This document shows positions 1 through 10,233 of a stretch of 51,274 nt of DNA, piece after piece. The stretch's first letter is position 1, and each line of letters starts with the position of its first letter. Source of the DNA: Armatimonadia bacterium. Its GTDB lineage: Bacteria > Armatimonadota > Zipacnadia > Zipacnadales > UBA11051. The stretch covers positions 1-51,274 of the forward strand of contig JBDKRC010000021.1 of assembly GCA_039683575.1 (NCBI GenBank), given 5' to 3'. The notes beneath the pieces are model-generated. The model was given only the letters and a program-made list of their open reading frames with translations. It was not told the origin of the DNA and did not search any database. A program made the position numbers and the translations under genes.

Positions 1-1911
1 ACGAGTAACACCATCAGCCACTACGGCGTGGTCGTCAACCAGGGCTGGCAACAGACGATGTACCCTGGGTACCTGAACACGCTGGCCTCAGCGCCGGGCG
101 TGCAACTGATGGACGCCTCGGCGGAGAAGGTGGCGTACCCGTCTGCGGCTTCAGAATACCGCCGCAGCGTGGCGCTCATCGACATCTCGCCGGAAAGCTC
201 ATACCTGCTGGATATCTTCCGGGTCAAGGGCGGTTGGGAGCATGACTATAGCTTCCACGGCCCTGCGTTCCCTGAATTCACCGTAAGCGGCGGACAGCCC
301 GGACCGGCGCAGACCAAGGGGACGCTGGCCGGGGAGGACGTGCCCTTTGCCGGGACACCCAAGCAGGCCTCTGACACCGGAATGGCCCTGCCGCTGAGCG
401 GCGGCGAGGGCGTGCTCAAGGACAACCGCCCGTACGACCAGCGCTCACTCGACGGCTGGTCCACGTACTACTCCGGATCGGATGTCCTGTGCCGCAAGGT
501 CGGGGCCGTGATGAGCCTCAAGGCCCAGGTCAAACCCGGCAAGTACAAGGTCTTCCTGCACGCATACGACTACAATTCCGGTGTGAACGCGGTGGACGTG
601 ACCATTGGCGATCAGACCCGCAACTTCCGCTGGGAGCCGTCAGGACAAGTCGGCTACCGCTGGGTGAGCCAGGAGTTCGCGCTCGACAAGCCAGCCGAGA
701 AGATCACGCTGACGGCCAAAGAGCAGGGACAGAACTACATCCTGATTGAAAATCTGACTGTGACCACTGACCTGGAGGCGACGGAGCCGCGGGTGTGGGA
801 TCCGAGCACGAGTGGGTTCCAGTACCTGTCCAACGTGCGGCGGATGAAGCCGCAAGGCACATGGTCGGCTACGTGGCGCGATCCTGCCAAGGACCTCGGT
901 CTGACACTCACAATACCCCCACAAGTGGCCCAGGAAGCGATTCTGTGCGATGCCGAGCCGGAGTTGGCCCCTGGGATGCCCAAAACGCTCCAGTACGTCC
1001 TGGCGCGCAATGAGGGCAAAGGCAACGATCTGACTTCGACCTTCGTGGCAGTCGCCGAGCCGCACCAGGGGGCAGCGCAGGTGAAGTCCGTAGAGCGCCT
1101 GACGTCGCCGCAGGCGCTGGAGGGTACCGTGGGGCTGCAGATCAAGCTGCCGGATGCCCTGCACCTGATCCATAGCTCAACCAAGCCCGGAGAGCGGGTA
1201 ACATGGCAAGGCGCCGCGGAGCCCCTCTCAGCGGCCGCGGAGTTCGCTCTCCTGGTACTGGACGGCAAGGGCCTCAAGAGCGCGTCCCTGGTCAATGGAA
1301 CGCAGCTACAGTACGGCGCCTTCGACCTCAAGGTCGAGCCCTCTCCGGCTGGCAACGTCGTGAGCGTTGACCACGCGCACAACAGCATCGTGATCGACGG
1401 GGCGCTCAAGGCTGCAGACATGTTCATGGACCGCATTCTGATTAGTGGCAACGAGCGCCACCAGACCAGTTACACGATTAAGAGCGTGAAAGCCGAGGGC
1501 GGCCGCACCACGCTGGGCTTTGGTGACACTCTCTTCGTGGTTGGCATGGGCAAAGTGACGGGCATGGACCAGAAGGCGGGAACCATCTCCACCGATACCC
1601 AGTTGAATGGCTACGGGCGCGTGGATGGCGGGCAGCACGCCGGACGGTGGCTGTACAATGAAGATAAGACCAAGGGCTTCAGGATTGCGAGCTTCAATGG
1701 GACGGTCTTCAAGCTGGAGAAGGTAGAAGGGGAGCTGGCCACGATTTTCAGCGACGCCGATGGTGACGGGCTGAAGCGCTTCTGGATCAGCGACATCGGG
1801 CCCGGAGACACCTTCCGCATCCCGACGATCACGCATGTTGAACGGGCAGGCAACGGGACCTACAGGGTGCGGATGATGACTGATGTACAGTTGACGGTGC
1901 AGGGCCGATAA
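1..1911 (+). CDS. 5'-truncated heparinase II/III-like (polysaccharide lyase-type) protein, C-terminal part, with a probable inserted beta-sandwich domain
   Basis: Frame is open from base 1 (TSNTISHYGVVVNQ...). Motifs YRRSVALIDIS..YLLDIFRVKGG..HDYSFHGP resemble heparinase II/III-family C-terminal regions. Confidence 0.6.
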   Translation, partial: TSNTISHYGVVVNQGWQQTMYPGYLNTLASAPGVQLMDASAEKVAYPSAASEYRRSVALIDISPESSYLLDIFRVKGGWEHDYSFHGPAFPEFTVSGGQPGPAQTKGTLAGEDVPFAGTPKQASDTGMALPLSGGEGVLKDNRPYDQRSLDGWSTYYSGSDVLCRKVGAVMSLKAQVKPGKYKVFLHAYDYNSGVNAVDVTIGDQTRNFRWEPSGQVGYRWVSQEFALDKPAEKITLTAKEQGQNYILIENLTVTTDLEATEPRVWDPSTSGFQYLSNVRRMKPQGTWSATWRDPAKDLGLTLTIPPQVAQEAILCDAEPELAPGMPKTLQYVLARNEGKGNDLTSTFVAVAEPHQGAAQVKSVERLTSPQALEGTVGLQIKLPDALHLIHSSTKPGERVTWQGAAEPLSAAAEFALLVLDGKGLKSASLVNGTQLQYGAFDLKVEPSPAGNVVSVDHAHNSIVIDGALKAADMFMDRILISGNERHQTSYTIKSVKAEGGRTTLGFGDTLFVVGMGKVTGMDQKAGTISTDTQLNGYGRVDGGQHAGRWLYNEDKTKGFRIASFNGTVFKLEKVEGELATIFSDADGDGLKRFWISDIGPGDTFRIPTITHVERAGNGTYRVRMMTDVQLTVQGR

Positions 1912-1930
1912 GCCCACGAGAGGCAGACCC

Positions 1931-2860
1931 ATGAACATTCCAGCCCCAGACGAAGCCATCGCCGCGCTGCTGAATGCCGCGTATGAGCCGCTCCGGGCCC
2001 TCCCGCGCGTGGTGCCGGAGCCGGTCGAGCCGGCACTGGTCACACCCGAGGAGATCGTCGCCCGCCGCGCCCAGGGATGGTTTGGTGAGAACTGCACCGC
2101 CACTATGCGCGACGGCAAGCTGGTTGCGCTCCTGGACTTCCAGGTCACAGGTGATGAAGCCAGCATTGGCGCTTTTGTGACCCACCCGGACTACCGGCGG
2201 CAGGGCCTCGGCAGCGCAAATCTGGCCACCGCGCTTGAAGCCATGCGGGCCACCGGTGCGGCCACTGTCCGCACCGCATCTTTCGTCGATTCGCGCAACC
2301 TCGCGGCCTGCGACTGCCTGGAGAGTGCCGGGTTCACGGTACGGGACCCAGAGCACCAGAATATCGTGATGCAGATCGACATGGACGCGTACCAGCCTCT
2401 GCCGGTCGAACTGCCGCCCCGATACCGCATCGAGTCGCTCCGTCTCGAGTGGCTGGAAGCGTGGATGACGGTCAAGAACCGGGTCTTCGAATCCTCCGGC
2501 GGCCCGGACTGGTTCAGGTCGGTGTTCGCTGACCGTTGGGACTTCGAATGGCCGGGCTGGCACGTGCTCTTCCATGGCGACGAAATGATCGGCACCGCCG
2601 GAGCAGACCTGCACCGCGATCCCGCCCATCCTGAGCTCTACAGCGGCTGCCAGATCGAGTATGTGGCCGTATACTCCGAGCACCGGGGCCTACGCCTGGG
2701 CGAGATGCTGGTGGGGGCCTGCCTGAACTATGCCAAGCGGCTGGGCGTCAAGCCCTGCCAGCTCATCACCCAGCCCTTCCGCGTCCCCGCGATCAAGCTC
2801 TACGAGCGCCTGGGGTTCCGGAAGGTCCGCGAGAATCGTACCTATGAACGGTTGCTATAG
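1931..2860 (+). CDS. Tandem GNAT N-acetyltransferase (two GNAT domains)
   Basis: Acetyl-CoA motifs VTHPDYRRQGLG and VYSEHRGLRLG; C-terminal AIKLYERLGF; GAGG RBS upstream. Confidence 0.85.
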   Translation: MNIPAPDEAIAALLNAAYEPLRALPRVVPEPVEPALVTPEEIVARRAQGWFGENCTATMRDGKLVALLDFQVTGDEASIGAFVTHPDYRRQGLGSANLATALEAMRATGAATVRTASFVDSRNLAACDCLESAGFTVRDPEHQNIVMQIDMDAYQPLPVELPPRYRIESLRLEWLEAWMTVKNRVFESSGGPDWFRSVFADRWDFEWPGWHVLFHGDEMIGTAGADLHRDPAHPELYSGCQIEYVAVYSEHRGLRLGEMLVGACLNYAKRLGVKPCQLITQPFRVPAIKLYERLGFRKVRENRTYERLL

Positions 2861-2866
2861 TCCCAG

Positions 2867-3541
2867 ATGAAACCACGCGAACAGGCCGTCCAACAGCTTT
2901 TCTCCCGCATTGCTCGCTACTATGACGTGCTCAACACGGTCATCAGCTTCGGCCTCCACGGGCGCTGGCGGCGTGCCGCCGTTCGCATGCTGGCGCCCCA
3001 GCCGGGCTGGCGCTGCCTTGACCTCTGCGCCGGCACGGGTGACTTCGCCATCGCGGTGCAGCGCCTCGGCGCCAGCCCGGTGGCCGTTGACATGACGCCC
3101 GAGATGCTTCAGGTCGCCCGCCGCCGCACGTCGGGAGAGTTGCCGACCGTGGTTGCCGACGGCTTTGCCTTGCCCTTCCCCGACGAGAGCTTTGACTGCG
3201 CCACCCTCGGCTTTGCGCTGCGGCATTCGCGCGAAGACCTGGTGCTGTTCCTGCGCGAACTCCGCCGGGTGATCAAACCGGGGGGACGCGTGATCTCCCT
3301 GGAGCTCTCCCACCCGCCCAACCGCCTCTGGCGCTTCCTGTCGGGCCTCTACATCCGGCTCTTCCTGCCCATCATTGGGGGGCTCTACGACCGGGCCGCC
3401 TACCGCTACCTCTCCGAGTCGCTGGACGGCTTCCCCGACGCCCCCGGCCTGGCCCGCGTCTTCATCGACGCCGGCTTCTCGCGCTGCGAGTACCGTCTGC
3501 TCGCAGGCGGCAACGCGGCCCTTCACCTCGCCATAGCGTGA
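2867..3541 (+). CDS. menG: UbiE/MenG-family demethylmenaquinone methyltransferase
   Basis: FSRIARYYDVLNTVISFGLHGRWR, LDLCAGTGD SAM motif, AYRYLSESL. Confidence 0.85.
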   Translation: MKPREQAVQQLFSRIARYYDVLNTVISFGLHGRWRRAAVRMLAPQPGWRCLDLCAGTGDFAIAVQRLGASPVAVDMTPEMLQVARRRTSGELPTVVADGFALPFPDESFDCATLGFALRHSREDLVLFLRELRRVIKPGGRVISLELSHPPNRLWRFLSGLYIRLFLPIIGGLYDRAAYRYLSESLDGFPDAPGLARVFIDAGFSRCEYRLLAGGNAALHLAIA

Positions 3542-3582
3542 CCTCATCCGAGACAATGGGAAAGACGATGGGGATTGCGACC

Positions 3583-5976
3583 TCAGGGGGCCGGTGAGAT
3601 CGTGAGGGTTTCAGACTGATAGATGGCGCTGAGGTCCAGTTCGCCGCGCGGGTCGGCCATTGCCACGTTGCGGCTCTCGCGGCCAGTGCGCCCGCGCATT
3701 GCCACCAGGTGCCGTGACGAGGGTGCAACTCGGTACGCCCCACTGCTCAGCACCAGCCGCAGCGGCGTTTCCCCCGCTCCTTCGACGTCAAAGCCCTTAC
3801 GCGCGTTGCGTACCATCGCGCCCCCGCCAAACACCCGCAGCACCACGCGCTCCGCGCCATACTCCTGAACCTCGACCGTAGCGTCTTCCGCGCGGGGCTG
3901 GACCAGCAGCGGAATCCGCATCAGGCGCTTCACCTGCCGCTCCGGCACCCTGGCCAGGATGAGCGCGGTCCCCGCGGGCAGCCCACGCTCAATGGGCGAC
4001 GCCATGAACTGCGCCACGGCCCCAAGGTAGGCCCGGCTGCCGGCAGCATACGCCGAGACTTGCCCCACCGCCAGTTCATCAGCCGCATTCAGAAGCTGCA
4101 ATCCCTCAGCGTCACCACTCATCTGCATTGTAGCGGGCAGCAGCCCCGTCTGCATCAGTTCATACGAGGCCCGGCGGCTCAGCAGGCTCGCGTGCAGAGC
4201 ACTGCTCAACGGGTCGGTCACCGGCCAGTACTGCCAGAGCGGATGCGTCGCAAACAGCCCGAGACCGCTGCCCTGCGCCCGGCCGATCAGTCCCGCGAAG
4301 TGCGGGACCTTCTCTTCATCGAAGCGCACCGACAAGGTCGCCACAGGCACCGCAGTCTCAAGTAGCGCGGCCTCGGCGGCCCAGCCGCTCACGGTCCAGG
4401 GTTTGCGCTCGGTGGCCGGGCCAGTGTTGCTCTTCCTGGCGCTGAACAACCCCTCTGATCTCGCGCCGGGATGCAGGCCGGGGAGACCGTGCAAGGCCGT
4501 GGCGCCGACGGTCAGGTCGCCCACGCGTTCGGTAAGGTCCCCCATCTGGGCGATGCCGAAGTACTGAGACAAGTCCTCCGGCAGCGTCGCCCAGGAGCCG
4601 CTTTCGTACATCCCGAGCCCCAGGTCGGCGATTGCCGCTCCACCCTTCCCAATGTATTCCTCCAACTGCACTGCCTGGGGTCTCGGCAGCCGCAAACATG
4701 CAGGAAGCAGGATGGCACCGTACTGGTCCAACTCAGCCTGCGGCAGGTCATCGACACACAGGTAGTCAACGAGACCGTACCGCGACCCAAACTTCAGGCA
4801 GTTGATCAGGGTGCTCGGTTCCCCCGGCAGCAGCCCGGTCAGGTAGCCATAGACGGGCTGGGACGTCACCGCAAACCCCTCGGCATACGGCGAGTACACA
4901 AGCGCTGTACTGGCCTTCGGAGCAACGCCGAAGGTCAGATCGCGCCACGAACTGACGTTGCGCGTCAGGTGGCGCTGCCGTACAGGGAGCCGCTGCTCGA
5001 GCTCGTATACTTCCGAGATCAGCGACCAGTCTTCCAGGGCAAAGCCGCTCGCGCCATGCAGCGCCGCCTGTGCTATCCAGTCCCGCAGCTTGTCCTGCGT
5101 GTATACAGGACTTGACCGATAAGGGACACGGAACACCGGCAGTGCCCCGAATCTTCCTCCGCGCCGCGCCATGTCAACCGCCTGCACGTTGTGGGCGTCA
5201 ACGTCGGCCTCAAGCACATCAGGCGGCATGGAGACGCACACCATATCGTAGCCGTCAGGGATCGAGGCCAGGCTGCGGTAGAGCGTCACACGCCCCGTCA
5301 GCACCGGGCGCTTGTCATCAACCGCTCGGATCGCCTCCAGCCACAGCTTCATCGTCTCGCGGAAGGCCCATACCTGGTATTCGGCCACATCCACCGACGC
5401 GCGCCCGACCTGGTAGGGGGTATTGGCATCAACCTTCCCCGCCTGTTCCCGCGTGATAGAGGGCCATGTGGGAAAGTTGGAGCCCCAGAAAGCGTTCAGA
5501 TCCCCCAGCGAGGGATAGCCTCGCTGCAGGTAGTGCCGGAAATCATCGTCCGAATACCGCAGGCTGCGCTCCAGCGAGTGTCCCGTCCCCCACGCCGTTA
5601 CGCCAGGCTCGTCCTTGAGCGCGGTTACGATATACCTGATGAGTTCGCGTACACTACCCGTGTACTGCTCATTGAGCGGGCTGACCTGATATGCACTGGT
5701 GAGACAGGTCGGCAGGCCGATGATGACTTTGAGGTTGTCCTTCTGGGCGGATCGAATGAGGGTGAGGCACGGCTGGAGATCGCTGACGTCGGAGGGTAGT
5801 AAGTCGATGTAGAGGGTATTGAGGCCCAGGTCCTTGATGGCCTGGGTGCTGCCACCGCGTTCGAGACCATAGCAGAAGGCGAAGGGCCCAACGCCCGGCT
5901 TGGCATGGACCGCCGTTGATAGCAGGCAGAAGGTGAGGTAGATGAGTGCGAACGGGAGTAGGCGTTTGGTGTTCAT
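3583..5976 (-). CDS. Secreted GH42/beta-galactosidase-like protein with trimerisation-type domain
   Basis: Signal peptide MNTKRLLPFALIYLTFCLLSTAVHA (ATG at 5976). FRHYLQRGYPSLGDLNAFWG resembles the GH42 'F..WL...Y..L..LN.AWG' motif. LDQYGAILLP/LEEYIGKGG resembles the GH42 middle domain. Confidence 0.55.
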   Translation of the reverse strand: MNTKRLLPFALIYLTFCLLSTAVHAKPGVGPFAFCYGLERGGSTQAIKDLGLNTLYIDLLPSDVSDLQPCLTLIRSAQKDNLKVIIGLPTCLTSAYQVSPLNEQYTGSVRELIRYIVTALKDEPGVTAWGTGHSLERSLRYSDDDFRHYLQRGYPSLGDLNAFWGSNFPTWPSITREQAGKVDANTPYQVGRASVDVAEYQVWAFRETMKLWLEAIRAVDDKRPVLTGRVTLYRSLASIPDGYDMVCVSMPPDVLEADVDAHNVQAVDMARRGGRFGALPVFRVPYRSSPVYTQDKLRDWIAQAALHGASGFALEDWSLISEVYELEQRLPVRQRHLTRNVSSWRDLTFGVAPKASTALVYSPYAEGFAVTSQPVYGYLTGLLPGEPSTLINCLKFGSRYGLVDYLCVDDLPQAELDQYGAILLPACLRLPRPQAVQLEEYIGKGGAAIADLGLGMYESGSWATLPEDLSQYFGIAQMGDLTERVGDLTVGATALHGLPGLHPGARSEGLFSARKSNTGPATERKPWTVSGWAAEAALLETAVPVATLSVRFDEEKVPHFAGLIGRAQGSGLGLFATHPLWQYWPVTDPLSSALHASLLSRRASYELMQTGLLPATMQMSGDAEGLQLLNAADELAVGQVSAYAAGSRAYLGAVAQFMASPIERGLPAGTALILARVPERQVKRLMRIPLLVQPRAEDATVEVQEYGAERVVLRVFGGGAMVRNARKGFDVEGAGETPLRLVLSSGAYRVAPSSRHLVAMRGRTGRESRNVAMADPRGELDLSAIYQSETLTISPAP

Positions 5977-6007
5977 GAGGTGAGGCCTGCCCATCCGAGC
6001 GATCGCG

Positions 6008-6778
6008 TCACCCCTTGGAGGGATCTTCCTTGGGCTCGCTATCAGCTTGCAGGGCCCGAGGCAGCCACTCATCCTGCGTCTCGAGCGCATGACGGGCGGC
6101 AGCCTGCTCGGCTTTGCGCTTGCTCGGGCCGGTCCCGACACCGATGGTCACTCCGCCGAAGTGGACTTCAACCGTAAACTTCAGATCGTGGTCGGGCCCC
6201 TCGACGCCAGCCACATGGTACTTGGGCAACTGCCGCAGGTGGCTCTGCAGTAGCTCTTGCAGTCGGGTCTTGTGGTCGAAGTGATTGAAGCCTGGCTCGG
6301 CTGAGTGCTGTTTGAGGTCCAGATACGGTAACAGGAACTGGCGCGTCACTTCCAGGCCGGCAGCCAGGTAGATGGCGCCCAGCAGCGACTCGACGGCATC
6401 GGACAGGAGGGAACTCTTGGTGCGTCCCCCGGACTCTTCCTCACCGCGGCCGAGCATGAGATACCGACCCAGGTTCATCTTCTGGGCGATCTGCGCCAGC
6501 GAACCGGCGCGCACTGCCGCGGCTTTCGTTTTGGTGAGGATGCCTTCGGGGACGTCGGGGTTCTGGCGGAACAACTCGTCCGCCACAATGAGGTCCAGCA
6601 CAGCGTCGCCCAGGAACTCGAGGCGCTGGTTCGACTGGTTGGCATCCAAGCCATGCTCACGCACGTAGGAGCCGTGCTGAAACGCCAGCCGCAGGAGGTC
6701 GTCCGGCATGTCTGGCAGGTTCAACTCGCTTCGAACTTCGTTCCATTCGGGGACGGCCATGCCATCATCTCGCGCCAA
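6008..6778 (-). CDS. rnc: Ribonuclease III
   Basis: Signature NQRLEFLGDAVL; DAVESLLGAIYL; dsRBD KTRLQELLQ...GPSKRKAEQAAA. The start may be the ATG at 6760. Confidence 0.97.
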   Translation of the reverse strand: MARDDGMAVPEWNEVRSELNLPDMPDDLLRLAFQHGSYVREHGLDANQSNQRLEFLGDAVLDLIVADELFRQNPDVPEGILTKTKAAAVRAGSLAQIAQKMNLGRYLMLGRGEEESGGRTKSSLLSDAVESLLGAIYLAAGLEVTRQFLLPYLDLKQHSAEPGFNHFDHKTRLQELLQSHLRQLPKYHVAGVEGPDHDLKFTVEVHFGGVTIGVGTGPSKRKAEQAAARHALETQDEWLPRALQADSEPKEDPSKG

Positions 6779-6788
6779 AGGAGCGGCC

Positions 6789-8033
6789 CTAATCTTCCAT
6801 AAGCTTAACGATCAGTACCGCGTTGTGACCACCAAAGCCGAAGGAGTTGCTCATGCCGGCCTTCCCCTTGAACTCTCGATGCTCGCCAATGACCACGTCC
6901 GAGCCTACGGAGTCATCAGGGTCATTGCAGTTAAGCGTAGCGGGGACCACGCCTTCTTGGAGCATGCGCAGGGTCAGAGCCAACTCGGTGGCGCCGGTCG
7001 CGCCAAGCTGGTGGCCATGGATGGACTTGGTCGAACTGACTAGCGGACCATCGCTGCCGGGGGCAAACACCTGTGTCAGGGCTCTGGCTTCCATGTCGTC
7101 GCCGTTGGACGTCCCGGGTGCATGGGCGTTGACGTAGGCGACGTCTTCGGCGTTCAGCTTAGCGTGCTTCAGCGCAGCCTTCATGGCCCGCGCCGCGCCG
7201 CCGCCACAGGCATCCGGAGCGGTAATGTGATAGGCATCGCCGCTCATGCCGTAGCCGACCAACTCGCCAAGGATATTGGCGCCGCGCTCCCGGGCATAGT
7301 CGAGGTCCTCAAGAATCATGGTCGTCGCGCCCTCACCGATGACGAAGCCATCACGGGTGCGATCGAAGGGACGGCAGGCCGTGAGGGGATCATCGTTGCG
7401 CTCTGATAGCGCCCCGGCCGAGCAGAAGCCCGACAGCGCGGTGCTGGTGACAGCCGCTTCGGCGCCGCCGCTGATCATGGCCTTGGCCATGCCACGACGG
7501 ATGATCTCGGCGGCCTCGCCAAGGGCGTGAGTGCCGCTGGCACAGGCGGTGACGACGGCAAGATTCGGGCCGCGCGCGCCGAATTCGATGGAGACCAGGC
7601 CGGAGGCCATGTCGATGATCATCATCGGCACCAGGAACGGACTGACGCGGTTGGGTCCGCGCTCCAGCAGAATCTGGTGCTGACGCTCCCACGTGTCCAT
7701 GCCGCCGATCCCTGAGCCTATCAGGACGCCGATGTCATCACAGTTTGACTCGTCGATTACGAGCCCCGATTGCTCGAGAGCCATCTTGGTGGTGTACAGA
7801 GCGTACCGCGCGAAGGGGTCGGCCCGCTTGATGAGCTTGGGGTCGAACTTCTCCTCAATATCGTCAAGGGGCGGCACCTGGGCTGCGATGCGCGTCTTGT
7901 ACTCTGAAGCGTCCATCTTTGTGATGGGGCCAATGCCGGACTTGCCGGCGAGGCAGTCGTTCCAGAGGGCGTCTAGACCAACGCCACTGGAAGATAGAGT
8001 GCCTATGCCTGTGATGACTACGCGATTGCTCAT
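6789..8033 (-). CDS. fabF: 3-oxoacyl-ACP synthase II
   Basis: RVVITGIG, catalytic TACASG, YVNAHAPGT, KSIHGH, SNSFGFGGHNA. Confidence 0.97.
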   Translation of the reverse strand: MSNRVVITGIGTLSSSGVGLDALWNDCLAGKSGIGPITKMDASEYKTRIAAQVPPLDDIEEKFDPKLIKRADPFARYALYTTKMALEQSGLVIDESNCDDIGVLIGSGIGGMDTWERQHQILLERGPNRVSPFLVPMMIIDMASGLVSIEFGARGPNLAVVTACASGTHALGEAAEIIRRGMAKAMISGGAEAAVTSTALSGFCSAGALSERNDDPLTACRPFDRTRDGFVIGEGATTMILEDLDYARERGANILGELVGYGMSGDAYHITAPDACGGGAARAMKAALKHAKLNAEDVAYVNAHAPGTSNGDDMEARALTQVFAPGSDGPLVSSTKSIHGHQLGATGATELALTLRMLQEGVVPATLNCNDPDDSVGSDVVIGEHREFKGKAGMSNSFGFGGHNAVLIVKLMED

Positions 8034-8204
8034 TGAATCACCGTCCCTCTAGGATAGCGGAGGGGCTGGAAGGTCGTGTTTGCGCCCAAATCGCTGGCAG
8101 TCCGAGACTGTGAGAGAACGCTGCGGACAGCCCTGAGCGGTCCGAAGCATCCTCCCACAGTACGGGGACAATGGTCAGTCTGAGAGAGTGTCAACCGGGG
8201 CCAT

Positions 8205-8444
8205 TTAGCCCGAGACACCCTTCCCTTCAAGATAGCGGACGGCATCGCCGACGGTCCGAATCTTCTCGGCATCTTCGTCGGGGATGTCAACGTTGAACTC
8301 GTCCTCGAGGGCCATGACCAACTCGACGACATCGAGGGAGTCCGCCTTCAGGTCGCCGTCAAAGGAAGCGCTTTCGGTTACCTGGCTCTCCTCGACTTTG
8401 AGCTCCTTAGCGATCAACTGCTGCACGCGTTCGAACAACGCCAT
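8205..8444 (-). CDS. acpP: Acyl carrier protein
   Basis: [20 protein letters not shown] phosphopantetheine motif; GGAGGTG RBS. Confidence 0.98.
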   Translation of the reverse strand: MALFERVQQLIAKELKVEESQVTESASFDGDLKADSLDVVELVMALEDEFNVDIPDEDAEKIRTVGDAVRYLEGKGVSG

Positions 8445-8514
8445 GCATCTTCACCTCCGGTGTGCTGTGGGCCAATGGGCCCGGCTCTGGATTTCCTATG
8501 ACAGGACGACTAAC

Positions 8515-9258
8515 TCACATTATGAGTCCGCCGTCGATGTTGAGGCACTGTCCGGTCACATAACCGGCCTCCGGTGAGGCCAGGAACGCGACGACTGCAG
8601 CGACGTCCTCGGGCGTGCCGGGACGGTGCAGCGGGATCCGGGTCAGCCACGCATCGCGGGCTTCCTCAGATAGTACGTGGGTCATGTTCGTCTGGATGAA
8701 CCCGGGCGCGACGGCGTTGGCGGTGATGTTGCGGCCGCCAAACTCCTGCGCCACGCTCTTGGTAAGAGAGATCAGGCCGCCCTTGGAGGCCGCATAGTTG
8801 GCCTGGCCGGCGTTTCCGCCCACGCCGACTACTGAGGCGATGTTGACGATGCGGCCGTACTCGGCCTTCATCATCGGGCGCACGACTGCCTTCGTGCAAA
8901 GGAACGCGCCCTTGAGGTTGATATTAAGCACGATGTCCCACTGCTCTTCCTTCATCCGCAGGAGCAGGCCGTCCTTGGTGATCCCGGCGTTGTTGACGAG
9001 AATGTCAATCTTGCCGAATTCGGCCATCGCAGCCTCGACCATCTTCTCGCAGTCATCGGAAGAGGTGACGCTGCCAATGGTGACGAGGGCACGGCGCCCC
9101 ATCGCTCGGATGTCAGCAGCCACACGCTCGGCACCCTCGGCGTTGATGTCGTTGATGACGATGTTGGCGCCCTGGGAAGCCATCTTCTTGGCGATGGACT
9201 CACCGAGGCCGCCGCCGGAGCCGGTAATGATCGCGACTTGGTCCTGTAGTGGCATCAT
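8515..9258 (-). CDS. fabG: 3-oxoacyl-ACP reductase
   Basis: TGSGGGLG, NNAGITKD, NYAASK SDR motifs; lies between fabD and acpP. Confidence 0.96.
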   Translation of the reverse strand: MMPLQDQVAIITGSGGGLGESIAKKMASQGANIVINDINAEGAERVAADIRAMGRRALVTIGSVTSSDDCEKMVEAAMAEFGKIDILVNNAGITKDGLLLRMKEEQWDIVLNINLKGAFLCTKAVVRPMMKAEYGRIVNIASVVGVGGNAGQANYAASKGGLISLTKSVAQEFGGRNITANAVAPGFIQTNMTHVLSEEARDAWLTRIPLHRPGTPEDVAAVVAFLASPEAGYVTGQCLNIDGGLIM

Positions 9259-9282
9259 GTTCGGAACCCTCAATAGTTGCGG

Positions 9283-10209
9283 TTAAGACTGTAGTGCGGC
9301 TACGACGTCGGCGATCGCTTCCGGGCCATCGGCATTGTAAGCCGCCACGTCCGGCGCGCTTCGCTTGAGCATGTTGGCCAGGACCTTGCCGGGACCGACC
9401 TCGATGAAGGCGGTCACGCCCATGGCTATCATGCGGTTAATGCTGTCATCCCAGCGGACCGAGCCGGTGAGCTGCGCGAGCAGGGCCTGGCGGATGCTCG
9501 CAGCGCTTGTGCGCTCGGCGGCGTCCACGTTTGAAACCAGGGGCACTGTCGCGTCCTGCAGATCCACCTGCGCCAGCACCTCAGCAAAGCGGTCGGCAGC
9601 AGGCTGCATGAGCGGCGAATGGAAGGCGCCACTGACGTTCAACGGCATCACGCGCCGAGCGCCAGCCTCGGACGCTAGTTCGGAAGCGCGCCTGACAGCC
9701 GGCTCTTCACCGGAAATCACGATCTGCCCGGGGGCATTCAGGTTCGCCACGCAGACGATGCCGACCTCCTGGGCCTGCGCGACCGCCTGTTCCAGAGCCT
9801 CACGGTTCAGGCCAATCACGGCGGCCATCGTCCCGCCAACCTGCTGGCCGACCTCGGCCATGAGCTGCCCGCGGATCCGCACCAACCGGGCTGCGGCAAC
9901 TGCGTCGAGACAACCTGCGGCGACAAGAGCGGAGTACTCACCCAGACTGTGCCCTGCCACCACGGCAGGCCCTATGCCCTGTTCCTGCAGCACAGCGTTC
10001 ACGGCGACCGAATGCGCGAGCAGCGCCGGCTGCGCGTTCTGCGTCTGCGTCAGGTCCTTATCCGGCCCCTCGAACATGAGAGTGAGCAGGCCCAGCAGTG
10101 TACCCTCGATGTCGTCGAGGACTGCTTTGGCGGTGGGCGAGGTCTCATAGAGACTGCGGGCCATGCCGACCGATTGTGATCCCTGTCCGGGGAAGATGAA
10201 GGCGATCAT
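9283..10209 (-). CDS. fabD: Malonyl-CoA:ACP transacylase
   Basis: FPGQGSQ, GHSLGE, SGAFHS, EVGPGKVL. Confidence 0.97.
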   Translation of the reverse strand: MIAFIFPGQGSQSVGMARSLYETSPTAKAVLDDIEGTLLGLLTLMFEGPDKDLTQTQNAQPALLAHSVAVNAVLQEQGIGPAVVAGHSLGEYSALVAAGCLDAVAAARLVRIRGQLMAEVGQQVGGTMAAVIGLNREALEQAVAQAQEVGIVCVANLNAPGQIVISGEEPAVRRASELASEAGARRVMPLNVSGAFHSPLMQPAADRFAEVLAQVDLQDATVPLVSNVDAAERTSAASIRQALLAQLTGSVRWDDSINRMIAMGVTAFIEVGPGKVLANMLKRSAPDVAAYNADGPEAIADVVAALQS

Positions 10210-10233
10210 GGTTCAGTACTCACGCATACTGGC

